64,000 bases of DNA from Felis catus (lineage: Eukaryota). The notes beneath the pieces were generated by a model. That model searched no databases. It had not been told where the DNA came from and saw nothing but the letters and a program-made list of their open reading frames with translations. The translations under genes and the position numbers were made by a program. Shown in pieces: positions 25,417 through 39,250 of the stretch. Each line of letters begins with the position of its first letter. Within the stretch, counting starts at the first letter, position 1. Where the stretch lies: contig NC_058368.1 in the NCBI RefSeq assembly GCF_018350175.1, positions 132,062,001 through 132,126,000 on the forward strand, in the 5' to 3' direction.

Positions 25417-26344
25417 GAATCTCAATTTCAAACCCAAATCTCTATTTTAAGATAAGATGCAGATACAACCATGTACTTACATAGACACCATGGAATGAAT
25501 TAAACTCTCTAGACTCCAGCATATATGCAAGACCATAACATGTGATATATAGCTATGGTTCTGGAAGCTAGTAGTATTTTTTTCTAGCAGCATTGACAAA
25601 GAAGTTGATTAGAGTGTACATAAAGATAGCTGGATATTTGCCTGGTGATTTATGGAGTAAAAAAACACACATTGTGTACTGTGGGCAAAAAAAGGAAAAA
25701 TTGCTTTGTTATCTTCTCCTTTCCTTCTTACCCCCAACTCTGCTTAGCAGTCAGCCCACAGTCAGTTTACAGTGGGCATCCTGGCAGTAATCAAAAGGGA
25801 AAAGGTATGTCTATCATTAGACTCCGTGTGAATTTTTTTGTCATGTGAGCCCAGACAAAGCCATTCTTGTCTTAGTAGGTCAGTCTGCTCCTGAGGTGTA
25901 CACATGGGCATTTTGCCTGTGTGCCCCAGAATCCCCTCTAAGTGAGCTCACAGTTGTGTCGTCCAGAAATGTATCTGGTGAAAAAAGAGGACCTAATTCT
26001 CAGATAGTGCATTGCTGGCTTGCTGTATGTCCAGAATATTCTATTTACATAGGGTATTTGCAGAACTTAATATAACTTGGAATATGATCACTAAAATTTC
26101 TAAAAAAAACCAAAACAAAACATGTACCTCTTATTTTAGATTTATATACCCATGTTTTAGATTCATATCCCCATGAACCACTATTGATTTGCACAGGTTG
26201 AAAACTGTCTACAAAAAATTAAAACTGACCAATATGGTAGGAATATATAACAGTACCAATGATGACAAGCAAATTGCTCTTTAAATTATATTCATTTAAT
26301 AACTGAAAACACTGTACTATACACAGGGGATTTTACAAGTCATA

Positions 26345-26565
26345 ACATTAAAAAAATTTTTTTACCATTTATTTTTGAGAGACAGAGTGAGATAGAGCAC
26401 GAATCGGGGAGGGGCAGAGAGAGAGGGGGAACACAGAATCTGAAGCAGGCTCCAGGCTCTGAGCTGTCAGCACAGAGCCTGATGCGGGACTCGAACTCAG
26501 AGACCATGAGATCATGACCTGAGTCAAAGTTGGACGTCCAAACAACTGAGCCACCCAGGTGCCCC
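26345..26565 (-). mobile_element. Can-SINE (felid type)
   Basis: TSD acaagtcata. Confidence 0.95.
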
Positions 26566-27401
26566 ACAAGTCATAGCATATTAACTGCTGTTTCCCAATG
26601 TGCCCTCCTACCTGTTCCATTTCCTTCTGAATGCATCAACCCAATGCCCTGCAAGTGCTAAGAAAGTACAGATTTTGAGCTATAATGCTGGGCTCTGCCA
26701 CACACAGCTGACTTCTTAGAATAGTACTACCCACTGCCAAAACAAATGAACAGCATCTTTTTGTGGGACTTATTGTCAGAAAAGCTCTAGTCTCACGTCT
26801 GCAAGTTTGATTGGTAACAGAAGCAAGACAAGGAAAAATATGTGATGCCTGCATTCTCCTTAATGGTGCTGTCTGTGCATTTGCTATTTCAGACTCAGCC
26901 TTCATAGCCACCTTTGAATATGCAAAATGAATTGAGGGATGCCAGAGTTAATTAACACCAGCTTCACTTGATGGACAAGCTTTGTAAACAACGAGGATTC
27001 TAACTTCTCTAGACTTGAATTTGGGAGCCTGACAGTTTCTATCCTTAGAGTTAGGAATCTGTATAAAGTATAAATAGATGAGTTTACTTGGCAAAAGATG
27101 GAATACAGATTCATAAGGATGTTTGCACACCCACAGGCTACTAGATATAGGAGGATTTTCATTTTTGATGGCTAACAGTCATACCTCATTTAAGTTCAGA
27201 GTGACGCCCGGGCTTTCCCTCCATAGAGAGGGAAATCTATTAATCTATTAATCTATTTTACATCTTGAATGGCTCTTCAGAAGTCCTAGATTGTAACTTC
27301 CTTTCGTTAAATTTTCTTCTACACACTTCTTCAAGAATAACTACCTTGATTGTTCTCAAAGTGACCATGCAGTCAGTTGGATGCAACAGAAGAAAGTTTA
27401 T

Positions 27402-27607
27402 GGGGCGCTTGGGTGGCTCAAGTCGGTTAAGCGTCTGACTCTTGGTTTTAGCTCAGGTCATGATCTCATGGCCTCATGAGTTCGAGCCCTGCATCGGGTT
27501 CTGAGATGGCAGAGGGATTCTCTCTCTCTCTCCCTCTCTCTCTGCCCCTCTCCTACTTACACTGTCTCTATCTCTTTCAAAATAAATAAATGAACTTACA
27601 AAAAAAA
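27402..27607 (+). mobile_element. Can-SINE
   Basis: TSD agaaagttta. Confidence 0.93.
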
Positions 27608-28952
27608 GAAAGTTTAATTTTTTCCCTGTTATTGAAGCACTCAGCATCTTGCCCAAGACAAATTTTCTCCATGTTCCCCTTCAAGCTACTTACTTCACAG
27701 TTCCATACAGATCATTCCCTCACACAAACACATCCATGATGCCACAAAGTTACCCATCTCCTATTTGACACCTGGCATTTCAGGCTCAACACCTAGAAGT
27801 TACAAAAACCAGGTAGGTTATAATCTCTGAAATGAGAGTGGTCCCTGTGGATTTGCATTTGTCCAGAGGTTGAATGTCCAGGTTGCAACTCTTCTTTTGG
27901 CCGCTTGCCTTTGGCACTTTGCTGCCCATTCACTTCCCCCAGAGTCTGGGCAAGAGAAGTAAATGAAGTTTGAATTTGCATCTGCCAATTCTGTCCCTCC
28001 TTAGATATTGCCCGGTGAAGAACTTGGCCAAGAAGAAGATTAAAACTTCTAAATCACTGAAAAATATAAATTACCTATGGATTGCAGGCATTCATATACT
28101 AGGGACAAAAACAAATTTTACCCCTTCTGTAAATGAGCAACTTATTCCAACAATTTAGGAGGAATATAGACAAGTCAGGATTGAAAGAAAATGAATCAGG
28201 AACCAGAATATGGAGAAAGCTGAAAAGTGTATTGCTGAATCTGAAAAAGGAAAGGCTCAATGCTGACTGTTTCCTAGTCTGTAATGTGAAGAACTCACAG
28301 TGGATGGCAGCTGCAGTTTTTTCCAGCTGTAACTTTCTTCAAATTCATGGCTACATATGAGATTGGTCATTATTTGTTCCTATATAGAGTGGTAATTACA
28401 GGGAAAGAGCAGGACCCTTAGGGCTGGACTATTTTGCTTTTCTTCTTCTTTCAGGATTCTGCTCTAAGGTTGCCAAAGATACTCTAATAGCCATTGTGAA
28501 TCCACCAACCTCTACAACATATCATAGCACTTACTATGTTCCAGGCACTATTCTGGGAACCCAGGATACAAAGATGAATAAGACCCAGGTTCTGCCACCT
28601 GGGAGGCCAGAATCTGGTGAAAAAGATAAATGTAAAAATCATCCCAGTATAACATAATAACTGCTTCGCTAAACATGATGTATGAAGTGTTATGAGTTGC
28701 ATCAAAGAACAAATACCACTAAGAGGAATCTAAAAAATTTCTCCTGACATTTTTGTCGGGTCTTAAGGGACAAGGTGAGGGTGTTTCAGGCAAAGGAAAG
28801 GATGGAAGGGCATTCCTGAAAAAGTGATGACTGAGGAACGAGGAGGAAAAGGAGTAGTTTTTGTGGCCAACATGGTATGAGAAGAGGACAAGGAGAGCAA
28901 AGTGACTGGAGATGAGACTGGAAACCTTGGTTTTAAGAGTTTAAAGTATCTT

Positions 28953-29369
28953 GGGGCGCCTGAGTGGCTCAGTCAGTTGAGCGTCCGACTTCAGTTCAGG
29001 TCATGATCTCATGGTTCATGAGTTCTGTGCTGATAGCTCAGAGTCTGGAGCCTCCTTCAGATTCTGTGTCTCCCTCTCTCTCCACCCTTTGCCCACTCTC
29101 GCTCTGTCTCTCTCTCAAATATAAATAAACATTTAAAAAAAAAAAAAAGAGGGGCACCCGGGTGGCTCAGTCAGTTAAGCGTCCAACTCTTGGTTTCGGC
29201 TCAGGTCATGATCTCACGGCCTCATGAGTTTGAGCCCCTCATCGGGCTCTGTGCTGACTGGTAGGGATCCTGCTTGGGATTCTGTCTCCCTCTCTCTCTG
29301 CCCTTCCCCTGCTTGCTCTCTCTCTCTCTTTCAAAAATAAATAAATGAACATTAAAAAATTGTTTTAAA
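28953..29369 (+). mobile_element. Head-to-tail pair of Can-SINEs (28953-29148, 29151-29369)
   Basis: Two SINE heads; outer TSD aagagtttaaa(g/c)tatctt. Confidence 0.95.
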
Positions 29370-29425
29370 AAGAGTTTAAACTATCTTGTATAGCTTACTA
29401 ATTAATTTAAATGTCATCTTTAAGG

Positions 29426-29716
29426 CAGTGGTTCTTGACTGGTAGAAAATAGTTACTACAAGGAGTCCAAGAATCCACTATTCATTGACTTTGATGGGAT
29501 ATGTCTTATATTTCTGAATACATATCATTGGCCAATATATGTCAGTGCTATATTTATTAATAACAAAATAAACTTAAAATTGTTGCTAAATTTGAAGTAG
29601 CTTTTGGTTTGTGTTATTTCTCACTTAACAGGCACTAAGGGTATAGCTCTCACGTGGGCATCTACGTGTTTCAACGTGAAAAAGACTCCATGTGAGAAGG
29701 ACTTGGAACTACTGTT
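29426..29716. mobile_element. hAT-Charlie-like DNA transposon remnant
   Basis: Inverted-repeat-like ends cagtggttc / gaactactg. Confidence 0.45.
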
Positions 29717-29812
29717 TTAAGTATAGGAAACAATAACAAATTTTCAATCAGTAATGTGGAATAATTTGCATCACTTATGTTGGAATGAATGTAGTTTAGA
29801 ATGGCCACTCTA

Positions 29813-30020
29813 GGGGCGCCTGGGTGGCTCAGTCAGTTGAGCAGCCAACTCTTGATTTTGGCTCAGATCATGATCCAAGGTCATGGGATCGAGTCCCATG
29901 TCCGGCTCTGTGCTGAGCATGAAGTATGCTTAAGATTTTGTCGCTCTCTCTGCCCCTCCCCCACTCTATGTGTGCATGTGCTTTCTAAACAACAAACAAA
30001 TAAATAAAATATTAAAAATA
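29813..30020 (+). mobile_element. Can-SINE (older subfamily)
   Basis: SINE head and tail; TSD-like aatg(gc/at)cactcta. Confidence 0.9.
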
Positions 30021-31439
30021 TATATCGTTCTAAATATATAATGATCACTCTAAAAGGTATTTAAATATTCACTATGGAGGGTGCTTCAATTCCGGCAAAA
30101 ACTGTCTTCGATATGAAAGATGATCTTCATTTTTAGACGAGGAAGATGAAATTTAGAGGCTATAAGCAACTTGCTCAAAGCCATACGATTAAAAGTAATA
30201 ACAAAGTCAAAGCAAATACTTATGTTGCTCTTGCCACATATGCTCTGGCTCCCAGTGAAGAAACATACAAAACTGAATTGATACAGCCCTTACAGTTTTA
30301 TGCCCTTCAAACTGAACCGCCCACAAAATCAACCCTTTCATGTTTTTCAGAGTATCTCCTTAATACAATCCCCACACATTTGACCAACACATTTTTCTCT
30401 TTGAGTAGCCGATTTCCTACCAGTCCATTATTCTCGGCACATAATTACTGATCCTAGCTCAAATATGACCTCTTCCACAAGCCTGTGTGCTCAATTCTAC
30501 CATTAAATCTCAAGTTGCAACTAAGGTGGGATCTAGGTCACATGCTTACAACCTATCTGCTGAGGAGATTAAGAGAAACAGGTTAGTTAGGTTAGCTTTA
30601 TAGTGCCTATAATATAGGACTAGCTGGAATGGAGATTGGATGGATGTTGAAGTAGCCAATCTTGAGTTTCTTCCACAAATTGATGGTTTCCCTGCAACTC
30701 AGCACATCTCAAATGAAAATGACATTTTCCTATGAGATTTCCAACGCTCCCCTTTCTTTATAGAGGCAATACCATATTTTTATCCACCAGAACACCAAAA
30801 GCTCTTCTCTCTCTCTTCAGCTCTTTTCTCTCTCTTCATTGGCCATCCAGTTTTTTACAAAGACATAAAGTTTCCTTTGACAGGAACTGCTTTGTGCATA
30901 GACACGTTCTGCGCCATTCCTGGTGTTCCTATCCTATCAAGAGTCTCACTGCCTCAGGCTTGAGTGTGGCAGCTACCTCCCAGCCTGTCTACATGCCTCC
31001 AAGCTCAAACTCTTCCAAAACATGGTTCTGTAATGTCCTCCTAAAACATGGCTCTCATGATCTCAACTCCTGGTCAAAATTATTCACACAGAGTAAAACA
31101 TGTGGTGTTTGATTAATAATTCCTAATATAACTTTTTCCATAAGCTAACATATCCATGGGTGGAGAAAAACTCAAAACCAAGATTGACAATATATTTCTA
31201 AAATCTGGGAGGGAATTCTGCTAAATGCAAAATCTTTGAAACTGAATTGAGAAATTCTGTGACAGATGATGACATATTTTTGTCATTAAAATTGAACAAA
31301 CTGAAGCCTGAGAGAAGGCAAAAACAGTGTTACTTCATTCTGGCTTCCTGCACCCTGTCACATTCAGGTTTGGACTTAGAAAAACCCACATATAGGGCTC
31401 ACATTAGGTCTCTGACAGCGCTGTTCTAGAATAATAGTC

Positions 31440-31905
31440 AAGAAAACAAAGAGAAAATTCACAAAGAAGAAATACAAATGGCCAATAAACTGGAAAATTT
31501 TTCCACCTTACTTATAATCTAAGAAATGCAAATTAAGCCAAGATACTATTTTTTTTTCTATGAAATTGACAGTTAAAAAGAAAAACTCCATTGTTGGCAA
31601 GGGCTTCCTAAAATGGGCACTCTCATACACTGCTGGTGGGAATAGAAATTGATTCAAACTTTCTGGAAAGCCACTTGGCAAATGAATCAAGAGCCTTAAA
31701 AACATTTATACTCTTTGACCTACTGTCTCTATTTCTAGGAATTCAGCCTAAAGAAATAATTTTTTGATGCAAATAAGGATATTCATCCCTGTGCTATTTT
31801 TAATACTGAAATATTGGGAATAATCTAAATAGCCAGTAATAGAGACATTGTTAAATATATTATGGTACTCCTCCTGTATTAATATTCTATTGCTTTAAGT
31901 AGTTT
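31440..31905 (+). mobile_element. Old L1M ORF2 3' end / 3' UTR
   Basis: aaatacaaatggccaataa, catacactgctggtgggaat, ttctaggaattcagcctaaagaaataat. Confidence 0.75.
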
Positions 31906-31923
31906 TTAAAATATTATCTAGTG

Positions 31924-34145
31924 AGAGAGAACATACCTCAAGATCATAAAGGCCATATATGAAAGACACATAGCTAATACCATCCTTAATGGGGAAAAAC
32001 TGAGAGCTTTCCCCCAAGGTGAGGAACATGACAGGGATGTCCACTCTCACCTCTGTTGTTCAACACAGTGTTGGAAGTCTTAGCCCCAGTAATTAGACAA
32101 CAAAAAGAAGAAAAAGGCATCCAAATCAGCAAGGAAGAGCCAAACTTTCACTCTTCACAGACAACATGATATTTGACATGGAAAACCCAAAAGACTCCAC
32201 CCAAAAACTGCTAGAACTGATCCATGAATTCATCAAAGTCACAGGATATAAAACTAACATACAGAAATTGGTTGCATTTCTATACACCAAAAATGAAACA
32301 GCAGAAAGAGAAATCAAGGAATCGATCCCATTTACAGTTACACTGAAAACCATAAAATATCTAGGAATAAACCTAACTAAAGAGGTAAAAGCTCTGTACA
32401 CTGAAAATTACAGACAGCTTATGAAAGAAATTAAAGAAGACAGAAACAAATGGAAAAACATTCCATGTTCATGGATTGGAAGAACAAATTTGTTAAAATG
32501 TTGATACTACCCAAAGAAATCTACATATTCAATGCAATCCTTACGAAAATAACACCAGCATTCTTCACAGAGCTAGAAAAAACAACCCTAAAATGTGTAT
32601 GGAACCAGAAAAGACCCTGAATAGCCAAAGTGGTCTTGAAAAAGAAAACCAAAGCTGGAGGCATCACAAACCCAGACTTCAAACTGTATTACAAAGCTGT
32701 ACTCATCAAGACAGTATGATACTGGCACAAAAACAGACACTTAGATCAATGGAACAGGATAGAGAACCCAGAAATGGGCGCACAAATGTATGGCCAGCTA
32801 ATCTTCAATAAAGCAAGAAAGAATATCCAATGGCAGTGGGGGGGGGGGGAGGAGGGGAACAGTCTCTTCAGCAAATGGTGCTGGGAAAACTGGATGGCAG
32901 TGTGCAGAAGAATGAACCTGGACCACTTTCTTATATCAAAATGGACGAAAGACCTAAATGTAAGACAGGAAGCCATCAAAATCCTAGAGAAGAAAAGAGG
33001 CAGTAACCTCTTTGACCTCGGCTGCAGCAACTTCTTACTAGAGATATCTCTGGAGGCAAGGGAAACAAAAGCAAAAATGAACTATTGGGATCGCATCAAG
33101 ATAAAAAGCTTCTGCACAGTGAAGGAAACAACAAAACTACAAGGCAACAACTGATGGAATGGGAGAAGGTATTTGCAATGACATATTGGATAAAGGGTTA
33201 GTGGATAAAGATTGGATAAAGAACTTATCAAACTCAACATCTCCCAAAAAAATAATCCAGTGAAGAAATGGGCAAAAGACATGAACAGACACTTTTCCAA
33301 AGAAGATATCCAGATAGCTAACAGACACATGAAAAGATGCTCAATATTACTCATCATCAGGGAAATACAAATAAAAACCACAATGAGATACCAACTAACC
33401 CCTGTCAGAATGGCTAAAATGAAAAACAAAGGAAACAACAGACGTTGGCAAGGAGGCAGAGGAAGAACACTTTAGCACTGCTGGTGGGAATGCAAACTGG
33501 TACAGCCACTCTGGAAAACAGTATGGAGTTTCCACAAAAAATTAAAAGTAGAACTACCCTATGACCCAACAATTTATCCAGGTATATATCCAAAGGACAC
33601 AAACATGCTGATTCAAAGGGGCACATGCACTCCAATGTCTATAGCAGCACTATCAACAATAGCCAAATTATGGAAGAACCTAAATGTCCATCAACTGACG
33701 AATGGATAAAGAAGATGTGGTATATATACACAATGGAATATTACTCAGTGACCAAAAAGAATGATATCTTGCCATTTGCAACAACATGATGGAACTAGAG
33801 TGTATTATGCTAAGCAAAATAAGCCAGAGAAAAATCAGTATCATACAATTTCTCTCATATGTGGAATTTAAGAAACAAAACAGATGAACATAGGGGAAAG
33901 GAAGCAAGAATAAGATAAAAACAGAGAGGGAGGCAAACCATAAGAGACTCTTAAATACAGAGAACAAACTGAAGGTTGCTGGAGGGGTATTGGGTGGGCG
34001 GTGGGCTAAATGGATGATAGGCATTAAGGAGGGCACTTGTTGAAATGAGCACTGGGTATTATATGAAAGTGATGAAACACTAAATTCTACTCCTGAAACC
34101 ATTACTATACTGTAGTTAACTAGCTTGGATTTAAATCAAATTTTT
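31924..34145 (+). mobile_element. 5'-truncated carnivore/felid L1 (ORF2 RT C-terminal half + 3' UTR), disrupted
   Basis: ORF2 peptides [39 protein letters not shown]; frameshifts and stops; TSD aaaat(a/g)ttatctag. Confidence 0.97.
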
Positions 34146-34161
34146 GAAAAAATGTTATCTA

Positions 34162-34349
34162 GGGTGCCTGGGTAGCTCAGGTGGTTAAGTGTCCAACTTC
34201 AGCTCAGGCTGTGATCTCACAGTTCATGGGTTCAAGCCCTGCATCAGGCTCTCTGGTGTCAGCTCAGAGCCTGCTTTGTATCCTCTGTCTCCCTCTCTCT
34301 CTGCCCCTCCCCAGCTCACACACTCTCTTTCTCTCTCAAAATAAATATT
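34162..34349 (+). mobile_element. Can-SINE
   Basis: TSD gaaaaaatgttatctag. Confidence 0.95.
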
Positions 34350-34654
34350 GAAAAAATGTTATCTAGTGGTGAGGAAAATGTTCTCAAAAATCATGAAAAA
34401 AGCAGAACTTATTTTACAGTATACTCATGAAGAATATTATAAGTAGATATACATATTATACATGAACACTTTATTTCATACAGTTAACATCATAATTTTG
34501 TACTTTATAACATATTTCATAAAGTTAGGATTAAAGTTAAATAATACAAAAAAGATTTTATGTGGTTATGTACTGATGGTGGAATTATTTTATTTTCATC
34601 TCTCTATTTTCCCGGGTTTTTCCCCCAAACTATTGATGAGTATACACAACTTAA

Positions 34655-34667
34655 AACAAAATTTAAA

Positions 34668-34717
<50 letters not shown>

Positions 34718-34904
34718 TTTTAAGAGAGAAAGAGAGAGCATGAGCATGGGAGGGGCAGAGAGAGAGGACAGAGAGAATCCCAAGCAGGCTCTGTACCGTC
34801 AGCTCAGAGCCCACTGTGGGGCTTGATCTCATGCACTGTGAGATCATGACCTGAGCTGAAACCAAGAGTTGGACACTCAACTGACTGAGTTACCCAGGCA
34901 CCCC
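34655..34904 (-). mobile_element. Can-SINE with (TTTA)n tail
   Basis: SINE body and expanded tail microsatellite. Confidence 0.93.
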
Positions 34905-36718
34905 AGTATGTATCAGTTTTGAAATCAGAAAAGAACAATTACTTTTGTTGACGTATGTAATGCCACATCAATTGCCACCCTCTCTTAGGTTTTAAAGTCC
35001 TCTATTAACCAGATCTCCTTTCCCACTGCTCCCATTAGTCACATCACATCACAGTTTCCTCACTGCAATGTCTGTTCCCTAACATGGTCTGACTTCCCAC
35101 TAAGCACCAGGCTGCTCTGAACACTCACAAACTCTCTCATTTATCTCCTAACAATCTTGAAAGGTAGGAATTATTGTCCGCACTTTCAAGAGGAGTAGGG
35201 GAAGAAATGCTGTTTTTCTTACTCAACTACAATCTTCATCCACTCTCCTTGCTTTCTGTACAAATGTTTTCATCTCAGCTTTGCCATTTTCTGAATGACC
35301 TGGGGCTAAATTAAAGTTTACAAGGCTTAGCTCTCTCATGTAGAAAATGGGAACAACAATAGTACAACCACCAAAGAGCTGTTGCAAAGGTACAGAAATA
35401 GTCCATTCAGTCTGTTTAGCACAGTGCCTGGGACCTTATTATTATCTCTATCAGCCCTTCTCCCTTCCAACTCTTTCTGGCTCTTGAGACCCATGCCTTT
35501 CTCTGCCTTCTCTATCTTCCTTGTCTTATACTGGCACTTGATTGTTTTGTGTGTTGGCTTTGAATCTGCAATGACACTACATGCTCCCAACAGGTAGAGA
35601 CAGAGTCGTCTCCTTCTCCATCTTTCAACACATCCAGCACCATGGGACGTTTTCACATTCTAGACCCAATAAACATCTAATTGTTTAAAAATACTGAATA
35701 GTGAGTAACATTGTTTCTCACGTCAAGCCCTCCGCAAACTTTTCTATAAGGTGTCACACAGCGTGAACAGCCAGACATGTGGGTTTGATGGGGGTCTCCC
35801 AGATACGTTCTCACGCCTAGCAAGGCTGAGAAGAGGTCCATTCATCTCATTCACACAAACCTAAACCACCTGCACGTTGCCGTGGAATAGATACAGGGCT
35901 CCCCAGCAATACCAGTTTTCTAGTTAATTGCTTTCCTCTCCTTCCCATCCTGTTCTCACACATTATATGCTGAATTTCAGTGAGATACAGCATCTTGACA
36001 AAGAAACCCACATAAGACATTTCCACAGGAAAGCCCGACCTGTCCCTCAATCAGTGCAGACTCATCCAACTTTGACAATGCCTTGCCACAGGACTCAATA
36101 TCAGGCAGACACAATCCAAGATTGGAACAATGAGTCTGATATGCTCCAAGGTTTGTAACCACCCAAGAAGAAAAGTGCTTTCTTTAATACACATTATTAC
36201 TAGGGAAGGATTGATAAGAGGTATTTAATGACATGAAAAGGAGTTAGTTTAGGGATAAGAAAAAGTTAACCACCCAGAATATTTCGTTGTCAGATTCAAC
36301 AAATACTTTCTGAGCTTCTGCTTTGTGCCAGGCACACTGCTAGACATTGGGCATAAAGTGGCTTTACACCGTTGCTAAACCTGTGTGCCCATTCTCTCTC
36401 CTTGCCAGCCCCAACCCCTTCTTCCTTCCCACAGTGACTCAGCACCCCACTTTCATCGACAAGCCCGCCTCTCTTGACAGCTTGGTGAAAAGCAATGTGG
36501 ACACAGTAGGAAATCAACAAATATTTGTTGCAGGAATGAACTGGAGAGGAATCCAAGTTTTTGGTTTCCCCAACCTTGAGTGCGGGACACACACACGGAG
36601 AAGAGGGCTCCCACACACCATTCACTGGCCCCAGGGAGGCAGGATCTTCCCAAAGCTGCTCACAGACATCACCTGGAAGTGGGGAGGAAGGAATCCATAC
36701 TGGATGAGTCACACACAC

Positions 36719-36735
36719 ATGCACCAGGGGGCAGA
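36719..36735 (+). promoter_or_regulatory. CTCF-like motif
   Basis: atGCACCAGGGGGCAGa closely matches the CTCF core CCACCAGGGGGC(G/A). Confidence 0.45.
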
Positions 36736-37917
36736 GTGAGCAGCACTTTTGGAGCTGACCCAGAGCCAGTGCCTTTCCAACAAAGTCCTCCTGGAGCCAG
36801 TTGAGACCTCCCAGTAGAACAACAACATGTTTTCTGTGCTTCTCAGCACATTCATACTCCTAGTCAAAGTGCTGTCTTTCTTTGTCTAGATGCTGTATCT
36901 TGCTGAAATCCAGCCTGTGATGTTGGGGTCTGGATGGGAAGGAGAGGAAAGCAGTCAGCTAGAAAAGTCAGTATTCCTCGTGGATTCCTCCCCTTTGGTT
37001 GGGGAGGCCCAAGGAACAGTGGCGACTGGGAAACTATAACAGAATTCTGCCTGCCGTCTGAGTGGTCTTCCACTCCGTGTTTGAATGGCCAGCCCCATAA
37101 GTGGGAGGCAGTCTTAGTTTTATATACCAAGAAGAATATGTAACATTTGGAGCACAGTAAACCCCAGACCCACACTGTTCCATTAGGCTCTTCCTTACCC
37201 TAGGCAGTAGGCACTATGAGACACTGTCAGCCTCACATTATCAGGAAATAATTCAGAAATGCAAACTGAAGGAATTCTCCTACAAATGGTATTTGTTACT
37301 TCAAAAGAAAGAATTGTTTTCCCTTTTATGGTATCTAAGATGGCCATTTTTTAAAAATGTTTTCCTAGAACATTACAAATTACTTCAGAGTTGGGAAACG
37401 CTCCCTTGCTAGGAGAAGGCTACATGCTCTGAGTATTGATGCTCAGCCCTGATCAAAATATTGTTTATTTGGGCAACTACATTCTTCTGTCCCTAAGGCC
37501 TGGGGAGTTTACTATTAATCTCAAATGTAAACCCCAGTTAGAGTTCCTGCTTACAAAAGGCAATTACTATTTAACTCTTATGTTCACAGCACATCTTGTA
37601 AATGCCTTCAATAAAGGAGAATACAGCACTTAGTAGCAATGTTATCTCACCGCTGGAAATTCCAATGGCTATCTTAGGTGACCTAAATTACAGCCTGCTT
37701 GATCTCCGCCGCCCCCTCAACTCTCTCCACCAATTGCCCTAGAAAACACCTCACAGTTTGGTCTAAAGCTGAACTTGCACCAAATTTAGAGGGGACAAAG
37801 GGAAGGCTGGAAATCGTGCCTGGTGGCTGGCATGGTGTGTGGGATCCCTCTTCCCACTTTCAAGAGCTGCTGTCTGGACAGGAATTGAACTAGAAGAATC
37901 ATAAATACATACTGAAC

Positions 37918-38287
37918 CAGAGTGACCAAATTTAGCAAAACAAACAATATTGGATGGGACATACTGAAAGGAAAAATTATTCCTTGTTTATCTGATATTC
38001 AGACTTAACTAAGAGACCTGTATTTTTTTAAGGGTTTCTTTTTTTTAAATATTTTTTAATGTTTATTTTTTATTTTTGAGAGAGAGAGAGTGGGGGAGGG
38101 CAAAGACAGAGGGAGACACAGAATCTGACGCAGGCTCCAGGTTCTGAGCTGTCAGCACAGAGCCAGACTCAGGGCTGGAACTCCAGAACCCTGAGATGGT
38201 GACCTGAGCTGAAGTCCCACACTTAACCGACTTAAACGACTGAGCCACCCAGGTGCCCCAGGGGTCCTGCATTTTATGTGGCAACTA
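37918..38287. mobile_element. MER53-like MITE interrupted by a Can-SINE (38040-38259, - strand)
   Basis: ccaaatttagcaaa...ttgtttatctgatattcagacttaact...tttatgtggcaact; SINE body in between. Confidence 0.7.
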
Positions 38288-38694
38288 GACTGAATGGATA
38301 CCCCAGACTTGGAAGAAACACTGACCACGTAAGATGGAGGTCCTCAAAATCCCACAGAGAGAAACCCCCAAGATTTCATTCCTAGGGCATCCTTAAGCAC
38401 CCGAAGTAGAAGCGGAGAGTTTAAGCCACCTGGAGGACAAGGACTAGTCCCCCGCTGAGGCCTGGCCCACGGCTGAGCAGACATGAGGACGTGGAAGCAA
38501 GCAGATAATTGCCCCCTTCCTTCCTCTTCCTGCAGGTTCCCCTCTCTCGCTTTCTTGCTCCGGTCTCTCTCCCCCATGACTCTCCCCTCTTCTCCCCTCT
38601 TTCCACCCTTCCCACCCCACCCACCCCTAAAACCACAAATAACAAAAATTTCTTTTCACTGTAGTTTTCCTGTGACTGAAGCACTTAAGCCTAA

Positions 38695-39250
38695 GGCGTG
38701 AGTGGTGGGCAGAGCTGCCTTGGGGTCTGCATGCCCCACGCGGGGCGGAGGCGGGCGGCCCGGCGCTGGAGCGCCCGCGGCCCCTCCGTCGCCCCCGCTC
38801 GGCGGCCGCCGCCCTGCGGCCTGGTCTGGGCCGGGACCGCGGCGGGGCCGGGCGGCCGAAGGGAGGGGCCCTCTGGGCGCGCCCCCGCCCCGGGCGCCGG
38901 GACGCCGCCGCCACGCTCGACAGGGACGCGGCCCCGGCCAGCGCCTGCTCTTTATTAAACTGCTGGGCTAAAGGGCTTCGAATAAAAACGTCAGCTTTCC
39001 AGTAGCGGCGGGGCGGCGCAGGAGCCCTGGCCCCGCAAAGTTCCACGACGGCCGGGATCTCCCCGCGGGGCCGGCACACGCGCAACAGTCGTGCCCCTTG
39101 TGGCCTTCGGTGTCTGTCCCTCGACTTCCCTTGTCTGTGCCCCCGGGGGCGGTTTCCCCCTCACACCCGGCAGGCCTACCTGCCACCCCACCGAGCTGCT
39201 CCTCCTCTTGCAACGGGAACATCCATCTCGGGTTTTATTTCCTCCCGAGA
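38695..39250. promoter_or_regulatory. CpG island / putative promoter
   Basis: Very GC- and CpG-rich against a CpG-depleted background; multiple GGGCGG/CCGCCC boxes. Confidence 0.85.

Noticed and set aside
26636..27162. Adjacent minus-strand ORFs in unique sequence
   Set aside because: No convincing splice context or recognisable protein similarity
32166..33475. Reverse-transcriptase-like ORFs as an active or novel RT system
   Set aside because: Fragments of a 5'-truncated, frameshifted L1 ORF2
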